Part shown: positions 8,128 through 15,087 of the stretch, in pieces
Numbering within the stretch: position 1 is the stretch's first letter
How the letters are laid out: each line of letters begins with the position of its first letter
Notes under the pieces: model-generated
Told to the model about the DNA's origin: nothing
Database searches by the model: none
The model's input: the letters and a program-made list of their open reading frames with translations, nothing else
Made by a program: the position numbers and the translations under genes
NCBI RefSeq assembly: GCF_000015585.1
Contig: NC_008789.1
Location: 840,001 to 872,000 of the forward strand
Length of the DNA: 32,000 bases
From: Halorhodospira halophila SL1
GTDB lineage: Bacteria > Pseudomonadota > Gammaproteobacteria > Nitrococcales > Halorhodospiraceae
Reading direction: 5' to 3'

Positions 8128-8835
8128 CTAGATGGCAGGGCGTGCATAAGGCTTCATGATCCGCGGCTGTGGCAGAGGGAGCCGGTGAAGGAGGTGAGAG
8201 AAGCGCCACCACGGCATCTGGCCTTTCTGAGAGCGCCGGGCTAGCCAAAAGCGCCAGCGTCGCCGGACACCCTGGGAGAACGCATCCAAAGCGTCGTAGT
8301 TGCCCGTGACGCCGTAGTACGCATAGTGCCCCTTCATTTTACGGCAGAGCACTTCCCACTGCTCTTCCACGGGCCGGTGGCGGTTCTGCCGGCACCAGCG
8401 GTGGATGTTGCGCAGGCTCCGGCTCAAGCGGTCCTTGGCCGTCTTGGCCTTGACGACCCACTTGCCGCGCCGGGATCGCCCCCAGTAGAGGGTGAAACCG
8501 AGCAGGTCGAAGGTCTCCGGCTTAGGCCAGGGGCGCTTGACGTTCCGAGGTGGGCGCTGGAAGCCGATCAACCGGGTCTTCTCCGGATGCAGCTCCAGCC
8601 CATACTTCTCGAACCGCCTCGGGAGCACCTTGAGGACCCGCTCGGCGTCATCCCGGAGCTTGAAGAGCAACACGGCGTCGTCGGCATACCGGACCAGCTG
8701 GGCCGGACCGCGGAGCCGCGGCTTGGCCTGCGTCTCGAACCACTCGTCCAGTACCTCATGGAGGAAGACATTGGCCAGCAGCGGCGAGACCACCCCGCCC
8801 TGCGGGGTGCCCTCTCCGAGGCGCTGCCACTGTCC
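8128..8835 (-). pseudogene. Group II intron reverse transcriptase/maturase, N-terminally truncated
   Basis: The reading frame continues upstream of the annotated Met as GQWQRLGEGTPQGGVVSPLLANVFLHEVLD (RT-4). YADDAVLL (RT-5) and the maturase X-domain pattern HYAYYGVTGNYDAL are also present. The frame is cut exactly at the IS3 terminus at 8835/8836. Confidence 0.85.
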
Positions 8836-8865
8836 TGGTCTTACCCAGCGAACGTGGACACGGTG

Positions 8866-9732
8866 TTAGCTATTAAGCCGGGCCTCGTAGTCGTCCGGGG
8901 ATAGGTACCCGAGCGTGCTATGAAGACGCCGGCGATTGTAGTAGCCCTCAATGTATTCGAAGACGGCCTCACGCATCGATGCCCGCGTGGGGAATTTCTC
9001 GCCATGCAGGGCCTCGACTTTCAGGGAACGGAAAAAGCTCTCGTTGCAGGCATTGTCGTAGCAGCTGCCCTTCGCGCTCATGCTGCTGATCAGCCCGTAG
9101 TCGCTGATGAGCCTGCGGTACGCACGGGAGCAGTACTGGCTGCCGCGATCCGTATGGACGATGACCCCCGTGGGGTAGCCTCGCCGTTCCAGGGCCATCA
9201 GAAGCGCCTCACAGGCCAGTTCAGCGCTCATCTGATCGCGCATGGCCCAACCGATCACTTTGCGGCCACAAAGATCCAGGACGACCGCGAGATAGAGCCA
9301 CCCTTCGCCGGTCGCAAAATACGTGATGTCGCCAGTCCACTTCTGGTTCCGCTGCCCCGCTTCAAAGCACTGGGCCAAGTGATTGGGGGCGACCGGCAGG
9401 CTGTGAGCCGAGTTCGTCGTCACCTTAAACCGGCGTGACGTGCGTGCCCGGAGGCCCTGACGGCGCATGCTCCGGGCCACGGTTTTGCGATTGACCGACA
9501 CGCCTTGCCCGTCCAGCTCTCGCGTCAGTCGAGGCGCCCCAGAGCGTTGCCTGGAGTCTTCGAAGGCCTCTTGCACCTGTCCATCAAAGGCCTGCTGGCG
9601 TTCTTCCCGTGCGGCGCGGGCCGCCTTGTTCCGGCACCATGCGTAGAAGCCGCTGCGAGCGACGCCAAGGACGCGGCACATCGCCTGGACTCGGTGCTCG
9701 TGACGCTGCTGATCGATGAACGCGTACTTCAC
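8866..9732 (-). CDS. IS3-family transposase OrfB (DDE/rve integrase core), expressed as an OrfAB fusion by -1 frameshift
   Basis: WTGDITYF...LYLAVVLDLCGRKVIGW, HTDRGSQYCS and CYDNACNESFFRSLKVE give the D, D, E triad context of IS3-family transposases. Confidence 0.9.
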   Translation of the reverse strand: MKYAFIDQQRHEHRVQAMCRVLGVARSGFYAWCRNKAARAAREERQQAFDGQVQEAFEDSRQRSGAPRLTRELDGQGVSVNRKTVARSMRRQGLRARTSRRFKVTTNSAHSLPVAPNHLAQCFEAGQRNQKWTGDITYFATGEGWLYLAVVLDLCGRKVIGWAMRDQMSAELACEALLMALERRGYPTGVIVHTDRGSQYCSRAYRRLISDYGLISSMSAKGSCYDNACNESFFRSLKVEALHGEKFPTRASMREAVFEYIEGYYNRRRLHSTLGYLSPDDYEARLNS

Positions 9733-10043
9733 TTTTGGTTTTTCGCGAAGTACGCCGCGGCCTTTTTTGTGATCGACAGCTCCTCATTCGCTTCCGAGAG
9801 CTGACGTTTGAGCCGGGCATTCTCCTCGGCCAACTCCCGCTCTCGCTGCGAGCGGTCCGCTTCGTTCCGGGCCTTGGTGCGCCACTGGTAGATCTGCGCC
9901 GGCTGGAGCCCGAGTTGCTGCGCCGCCTCACTGACCCCGACGCGCTCGGCCAACGCCAGCGCCTCGTCTCGATAGGCCTGGCTGTAGCGTGTGCGCTTGG
10001 ATTTCGTCTTGGACTTGCTCATCTGAGTAGCTTGCCTCGTCAT
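9729..10043 (-). CDS. IS3-family transposase OrfA (HTH + leucine-zipper region)
   Basis: 104 aa. RTRYSQAYRDEALALAERVGVSEAAQQLGLQPAQIYQWR is the HTH_Tnp_1 pattern. It is followed by the coiled-coil LAEENARLKRQLSEANEEL and ends just after the frameshift site. Confidence 0.9.
   Translation of the reverse strand: MTRQATQMSKSKTKSKRTRYSQAYRDEALALAERVGVSEAAQQLGLQPAQIYQWRTKARNEADRSQRERELAEENARLKRQLSEANEELSITKKAAAYFAKNQK
9762..9768 (-). promoter_or_regulatory. Programmed -1 ribosomal frameshift heptamer A_AAA_AAG
   Basis: The minus strand reads ACA AAA AAG in the orfA zero frame (T-K-K). orfB is in the -1 frame and overlaps the orfA end. This is the classical IS3-family arrangement. Confidence 0.8.
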
Positions 10044-10097
10044 GGATCACCTCGTCGAATGGTAGCTATTGAGGTGTCCACGGTTGGTGGGCAAGAC

Positions 10098-10243
10098 CAT
10101 CGATGCGTGAGGCCGTCTTCGAATACATTGAGGGCTACTACAATCGCCGGCGTCTTCATAGCACGCTCGGGTACCTATCCCCGGACGACTACGAGGCCCG
10201 GCTTAATAGCTAACACCGTGTCCACGTTCGCTGGGTAAGACCA
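10098..10243 (+). mobile_element. 144-146 bp right-end fragment of a second copy of the same IS3 element, in inverted orientation
   Basis: 10098-10243 is the perfect reverse complement of 8836-8981 (checked base by base). It carries the IRR tip and the last ~33 codons of orfB, and it abuts the IRL tip of the intact copy. Confidence 0.85.
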
Positions 10244-10344
10244 TTCTGGCGGGCGTACTCCGCCTTGCTCAGACCAGACGCCGCCCAGCCCTGAACCACC
10301 TCGCGCCAGAAGGCACGCTTGCGCTGTTGAGTCCCGCCGGCCAT
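10244..10344 (-). pseudogene. N-terminal stub of a transposase accessory/HTH protein (IS66 TnpA-like or IS3 OrfA-like), truncated by the IS3 fragment
   Basis: The minus strand has GGAGGT followed 5 nt later by ATG. It encodes MAGGTQQRKRAFWREVVQGWAASGLSKAEYARQ, then runs straight into the IS terminus at 10243. The family assignment is tentative. Confidence 0.5.
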
Positions 10345-10710
10345 CGCCACCTCCGTGCTCGCGGATCAAAACACGGGGCCAAGCTAACCGGCGGGCGTCA
10401 CGCCCGATACACGGGGTTCACCGGACGTATATGGCCTCCTCCCGCAAGGGTCGATGAGCCGCCCCAGGGATCTGGCAAACACGGTGCGGTTGCAGTCGTA
10501 TATCCGGCTTTCTCGTGGAGCGTCACTGCGCTCCTGGCCCTCATGGAATCCGCGCACCGGCTGCCCATCACTTACACGGCCTCTGCTCGGGCGCTTGTCC
10601 GGTATCGGCTTTCACCGGTGCCGGTCCGACCTGTTTTGCCATGATTCGGGCTCATCGCCCGCAACCGCCATCGGCGGGGTTGCTCGGCAATGCTGGCCGA
10701 CCGCCCTCCG

Positions 10711-11769
10711 TCAGGCGGCGTGAGCCGGTGCCGGGTGATCGAACGGCGCATACGTGCCTTGATCCCGACACAGGGCGTAAGCGCGCCGGGCCAGCTTGTT
10801 GGCCAGCGCAATCGTCGCCTTGTTGCGACCGATCCGCGCCTCGGTGTTCATCGCCCACGCCTCCAATGGCGTGAGTTCCGCTTGCTGTGCGGCTCGTCGG
10901 CGCATTCGGTACAGCGCTGATCGAGCCCCATGAATCAGCTGTTTCCGTACGTACGGGTCGCCGCTGCGGGTGATTCCACCCAGGCACCTGCGCGAACCGC
11001 TGCTGTATTCCTTCGGAGTGAGCCCGAGCCAACCCGGGAACTGCCGGGCACTAATGAACTGGCGCAGGTCGCCGACCGCGCTGACCAGCGCGGTGCTCGT
11101 GATCGCCCCGATACCCGGAAGTTGACTGATGCGGGCCGCATCCTGATCCTCGCGCTGAGTGGCCTGCAGCTGCGCGTCGATGTCGGCGACTTGGTCATCC
11201 ATGCGCTGAATGTTTTCAATAAGGTTGTGCAGTATCTGGCGGATCTTGTCCGGCACGGGTTGCTCTGCATCCTCAAGCACCCCGGGGGTTCGACGCCGTG
11301 CCGCGTGGGCGCCTTGGGGTAGGGTCACCCCGTGCTCGCGCAGCAGCCCCCGTGCCTGGTTGATCCACGCCGTGCGATTTCGGATCAACTGCTCGCGGAC
11401 GCGGTGGAGTTGCTGCACGGCTTGCTGCTCCGCGCTCTTGACCCGGATTGCGTGAATGTCCGGGGCGCGGTGCGCCTCAAGCAGTGCAAGCGTATCCGCG
11501 CGGTCCGTCTTGTTTCGCCGCCGATAGCTGGCAACGTACTGAGCAGGGAGTAGCCGGACCTCGTGTCCCTGAGCACCGAGTCTCCGGCCCCAGTGGTGCG
11601 CCATACCGCAGCCCTCGAGGACGAAGACACTTGGCGGCTGCTCCCCGATGAAACGCTCGAACTGCCCACGGCTCAGGCGACGGTGCTGCGGCTTCGTCCC
11701 CAGCCCGTCCGCGACGGCAACCTCGAAGACGTTCTTTGCCAAGTCAACGGCGACAATCTGCTGCGGCAT
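10711..11769 (-). CDS. IS110-family transposase (DEDD N-domain + Transposase_20 C-domain)
   Basis: IVAVDLAKNVFEVAV, VFVLEGCGMAHHWGRRL, NKTDRADTLALLEA, LPGIGAITSTALVSAVGDLRQF...RQFPGWLGLTPKEYSSG and GITRSGDPYVRKQLIHGA are all present. I chose ATG 11769 (MPQQ...) because GGAGGA lies 5 nt upstream; the ORF track starts at 11787. Confidence 0.9.
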   Translation of the reverse strand: MPQQIVAVDLAKNVFEVAVADGLGTKPQHRRLSRGQFERFIGEQPPSVFVLEGCGMAHHWGRRLGAQGHEVRLLPAQYVASYRRRNKTDRADTLALLEAHRAPDIHAIRVKSAEQQAVQQLHRVREQLIRNRTAWINQARGLLREHGVTLPQGAHAARRRTPGVLEDAEQPVPDKIRQILHNLIENIQRMDDQVADIDAQLQATQREDQDAARISQLPGIGAITSTALVSAVGDLRQFISARQFPGWLGLTPKEYSSGSRRCLGGITRSGDPYVRKQLIHGARSALYRMRRRAAQQAELTPLEAWAMNTEARIGRNKATIALANKLARRAYALCRDQGTYAPFDHPAPAHAA

Positions 11770-12087
11770 GACTTCCTCCATCACCATCCGTCGTGGGCCC
11801 TCTCCGTTACTCTAATGGTCGGAGAGAGGGGCGGGAGGAGGCCATCCCATCACGTACGTTCAATGGAGTCGAAGCGGCCGCTGGATGAGCCCCGGCGGTA
11901 GCTTCCTATTGCCAGATGCCCGTCTCACAGCCACCACGACCGCAGAACGATGCCTTCAGCAAGCCGTTGCGCCCCTCAGCGGACCCACTCACGCGCTGGG
12001 GTGGTCAGCTTGGCCGCGTCGTGAATACCGTGGGCTGAGATGCGATCAGTCCCAATTTTGACACATATTGTAACTATGGAGGACTGA

Positions 12088-13077
12088 ATGACGATTCTGG
12101 TGACCGGTGGTGCCGGGTATATCGGCAGCCACATGGTGCGCCGCCTGCTGGCGGATGGGTACGAGGTGGTGGCCCTGGACAATCTCTCCACCGGCCATCG
12201 CTGGGCGGTCCCGGAGGAGTGCCTGGAGGTTGGCGATCTGCAGGACCGGGACGCGTTGTCGACCCTGTTTCAGCGCTACCGCTTCTCGGCGGTGGTGCAT
12301 TTCGCAGCCAGCAGTCTAGTGGGGGAGTCGGAGGAACGGCCGCTGGAATACCACGAGAACAATGTCGGCGGTACTCTCAATCTGCTGCGCGCCTGCCTGG
12401 AGCTGGGGACGACGCGATTGATCTTCTCCTCATCGGCAGCGGTGTACGGGGCGCCGTCCGAGTCGCCGATCCCGGAGTCAGTGGCGCCGGCGCCCATCAA
12501 TCCCTACGGGGTAAGCAAGATGGTGTGTGAGCGCATGCTGGCCGATGTTTCCGTGGGGACGTCACTGCGCTTTGTGAGCCTGCGCTACTTCAATGCTGCG
12601 GGCGCTGATCCCAAGGGGCGGCTGGGGGAGTGCCATGAGCCAGAGACGCACCTGATCCCGCGACTGCTGCAGGTGGTCTCGGGGCGTTCGGCCGGTTTCA
12701 CCCTGTATGGCGACGACTACCCAACTCCGGACGGCACCTGTATCCGCGACTACATCCATGTGGAGGATTTGGTGGAGGCCCACGTGATAGCACTGGCGCA
12801 CCTAGAGGCGGGAGGCGAATCACGCACTTTCAATTGTGGGTATGGTCGGGGTTATTCTGTACGAGAGGTTATCGAAGTAGCACGCGCGGTAACTGGACAT
12901 CCTTTGCCAGTGGATGTTGGCCCCCGGCGCCCGGGTGATCCATCGCAGCTCGTGGCCGACGGATCGGCTCTACGGGAGACCCTTGGCTGGCGACCCCGTT
13001 ACGAATCACTAGAAACCATTGTGAGGGACGCTTGGCGGTGGGAGTCCAGACTCCAAGGAATGACGCAGTCCCGTTAA
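12088..13077 (+). CDS. galE: UDP-glucose 4-epimerase
   Basis: [15 protein letters not shown] Rossmann motif and the catalytic YGVSK (YxxxK) are present, along with [30 protein letters not shown] and [15 protein letters not shown] lies upstream of the ATG. Confidence 0.9.
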   Translation: MTILVTGGAGYIGSHMVRRLLADGYEVVALDNLSTGHRWAVPEECLEVGDLQDRDALSTLFQRYRFSAVVHFAASSLVGESEERPLEYHENNVGGTLNLLRACLELGTTRLIFSSSAAVYGAPSESPIPESVAPAPINPYGVSKMVCERMLADVSVGTSLRFVSLRYFNAAGADPKGRLGECHEPETHLIPRLLQVVSGRSAGFTLYGDDYPTPDGTCIRDYIHVEDLVEAHVIALAHLEAGGESRTFNCGYGRGYSVREVIEVARAVTGHPLPVDVGPRRPGDPSQLVADGSALRETLGWRPRYESLETIVRDAWRWESRLQGMTQSR

Positions 13078-13162
13078 TGATACTACTAACAACCCTTTTT
13101 AGACCTCATGTTATTCGATTGTTAGCGGTTTGCAAGATCTATTACTTAGGTGGCCCAATAAA

Positions 13163-14263
13163 ATGTGCAGCAATGTTATTGTCTATTGTTCACACAGCGC
13201 AGCGTATACAAGCTCACCCCTTAATGAACATTACATCTATAGAAAATCACACTTCCCGAGAGAACAGCACTACTACATTGCTATTAATACATGCAAAGAA
13301 GAAAAGCGGTTTAAGAGCAACGAGAAATTCCGGATATTTGAATGCAAAGGAAACGATAAAAAACTCTTTGAAGCACTTGAAAATATAATCGATGCACACA
13401 CCCCTTCATCCAATATCATAATTCATAATCATGACCCAAAAGCGACAAAAAAAATCGCACATTTTATTAAAAAAAGACACCACAATATCCCTTTAGTGTA
13501 TACAATCCATAACTCCTATAACAAATTTAGTGCTCGGAAGAAATGCCTCACAAATCTATCCATCCTGCATAGTAGCAAATCCGTATTCTGCGGGCGCGCG
13601 GCTTATGAAGCATATCCTTATCGACATCTTTTTAAACAAAAAACAACATTCATACCGAACGGGGTTGATATAGATCGCATTGACTCTACTCTCAACCGCA
13701 GGGAAGGCACATCAAAGCCGAACGATTATCGTATAAAAGTGGCGACAATCGCGAAGAACAATGGGCAGAAAAACCTGCCACACCTACTGAAGTTAGCTAG
13801 CGAACTGCCAAAAGAAATGCATCTTAGTGTAATTGGCCCGCTTTCCGATGAAGACAAAAACAAAATCGAGTCTCTCGACACAAAGAACGTGAGGCACGTA
13901 GGTGTGCTTGAGCGCGACGAAGCACTCCTCGCATTGTCACAGAACGATATATTTGCCTCTTCTTCTTTTTACGAAGGCTTGCCTGTTGCGGTGCTTGAAG
14001 CTATGGCTATTGGATTGCCCGTAGTGCTATCACGTATCCCCCCTCATTTAGAGCTAAGCTCTAAGGGAGACGGACCCATTGTTGCTGAATGCGACCTCTC
14101 TCTCTGGAAACAAAAAATACGCGAACTGAACGAGCTGAAGCAACAAAAAAATAATGGGCTACAGGAGTTGGGCCAACTAAACCGCAAACTTGTGGAAGAG
14201 CACTTTAGCTTGGCAGCAATGCACAAAGCTTACAGTTCTGTTTATAAGGAATTACTCTATTAA
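13163..14263 (+). CDS. Glycosyltransferase family 4 (GT-B)
   Basis: The C-terminal EX7E region SSSFYEGLPVAVLEAMAIGLPVVLSRIPPHLEL is present. AT-rich. The ORF is open from TTG 13130; I chose ATG 13163, and the start is uncertain. Confidence 0.75.
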   Translation: MCSNVIVYCSHSAAYTSSPLNEHYIYRKSHFPREQHYYIAINTCKEEKRFKSNEKFRIFECKGNDKKLFEALENIIDAHTPSSNIIIHNHDPKATKKIAHFIKKRHHNIPLVYTIHNSYNKFSARKKCLTNLSILHSSKSVFCGRAAYEAYPYRHLFKQKTTFIPNGVDIDRIDSTLNRREGTSKPNDYRIKVATIAKNNGQKNLPHLLKLASELPKEMHLSVIGPLSDEDKNKIESLDTKNVRHVGVLERDEALLALSQNDIFASSSFYEGLPVAVLEAMAIGLPVVLSRIPPHLELSSKGDGPIVAECDLSLWKQKIRELNELKQQKNNGLQELGQLNRKLVEEHFSLAAMHKAYSSVYKELLY

Positions 14264-14279
14264 AAAGCATACTTTCGGT

Positions 14280-15035
14280 TTGACTTATGGGTGGCCTAAA
14301 ATTGAACAAAAACCTGTAACTGTTGATGTAGTCGGTTTTTCTGGCAGCGGAAAAACCATGTTAATTGATCTTTTAAAGAAAAAGTTTGAGCAGAATGGCT
14401 ATTTTGTCGATAGCTCGAGCCCTTACAAAGGAAAAACTGTTGATTCGCTTACATGCACAAGAGCGGCCAACGTTAATGTCTACCGCCTTTTACGTAGCTC
14501 CGCAACGCGGATCACCAAACCAGTTACTCTCTATGTAGCTATAGTTTTTTGGTTTTATTCAATATCCAGGCGTGTTTATCGTTTTAGGCATGCTTATAAC
14601 TTTGCATTGCGCGCATTGTCGCGCAGGACGCACAGCGGGAGAATAGTTCTAGAAGACACGCCCAGAACGTCAATTTTGCCGCTTTTTCTTCCACCTGTTG
14701 ATGGTCGTGGTTGGCGGGGAGGCATCCATCGATTATTGCATGCCGACTTTTTTCCCGATGCTATATTGGTAATTGACCTCCCGCCAGATTTAATGCGCAG
14801 CCGGGTTCTACAAAGAGAACGCCCTGGGGACAAGCACTCAGCGTTAGACGAATCAACATTTATCGATCTTGCAAATGCGTATAAGAAAAATATCAACACG
14901 TTAACTCGTTATCTTAAAAATAACACACGGACTACCGTTATTAAGATTGATGGCACACAAGATATTGAGGCCATCGCTAATAGTGCAGCTCAACAGGTAT
15001 TGTCTCGCTTGAGAAAAGCCGACAAAAACATTTGA
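14280..15035 (+). CDS. P-loop NTPase, kinase-like (family unresolved)
   Basis: Walker A VDVVGFSGSGKTMLIDLL is present. A later ILVIDLPPDLMRSRVLQRER resembles the lid region of small nucleotide/APS-type kinases, but I do not see the LDGDN motif of CysC. The ORF is open from TTG 14190, which would overlap the GT4 gene by 74 nt. TTG 14280 was chosen, and the start is uncertain. Confidence 0.55.
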   Translation: MTYGWPKIEQKPVTVDVVGFSGSGKTMLIDLLKKKFEQNGYFVDSSSPYKGKTVDSLTCTRAANVNVYRLLRSSATRITKPVTLYVAIVFWFYSISRRVYRFRHAYNFALRALSRRTHSGRIVLEDTPRTSILPLFLPPVDGRGWRGGIHRLLHADFFPDAILVIDLPPDLMRSRVLQRERPGDKHSALDESTFIDLANAYKKNINTLTRYLKNNTRTTVIKIDGTQDIEAIANSAAQQVLSRLRKADKNI

Positions 15036-15087
15036 AGAATCACTAACAGATAATGCACGATGTTGCCTCTGTTTTTCCGATCGTTTT

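Larger units (their letters stand above)
8035..8835 (-). mobile_element. Group II intron 3' remnant (distal RT/maturase ORF + domains V and VI), 5' part removed at the IS3 junction
   Basis: The RT ORF carries RT-4/RT-5 motifs. A canonical domain V lies 18 nt downstream of the ORF stop, followed by a domain VI-like hairpin ccggctgg/ccagccgg with a bulged A (near 8043). The 3' boundary is approximate (8035-8037). Confidence 0.8.
8836..10099 (-). mobile_element. Complete IS3-family insertion sequence (1264 bp) with imperfect terminal inverted repeats
   Basis: The termini are TGGTCTTACCCAGCGAACGTGGACAC (from 8836) and TGGTCTTGCCCACCAACCGTGGACAC (reverse complement from 10099), matching 22/26. 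They start with the TG typical of IS3 ends. orfA and orfB are present with an A_AAA_AAG slippery site. Confidence 0.9.

Noticed and set aside
8326-8904. 192-aa plus-strand ORF across the RT gene and the IS end.
   Set aside because: It is antisense to a clear group II intron RT frame (YADD and X-domain motifs) and crosses the IS boundary. It is a shadow ORF.
8836-10243. Interpretation of the whole 1408-bp segment as a single IS3 element with native 146-bp perfect terminal inverted repeats.
   Set aside because: A normal imperfect IRL (22/26 match to the IRR, TG tip) lies at 10099 inward. It gives a standard 1264-bp IS3 with a ~55-nt leader. The extra 144-146 bp is better explained as a fragment of a second copy.
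12058-12087. TTGACA hexamer at 12058-12063 as the galE promoter -35 element.
   Set aside because: No acceptable -10 hexamer lies at 16-18 bp spacing, and the hexamer is only 25 nt from the ATG, overlapping the RBS region. It is probably a chance match.
14280-15035. Calling the P-loop protein an adenylylsulfate (APS) kinase, CysC or Cj1415 orthologue.
   Set aside because: Only the Walker A motif resembles CysC. The downstream LDGDN/ISP-type motifs are not visible, so only a generic kinase-like call is justified.
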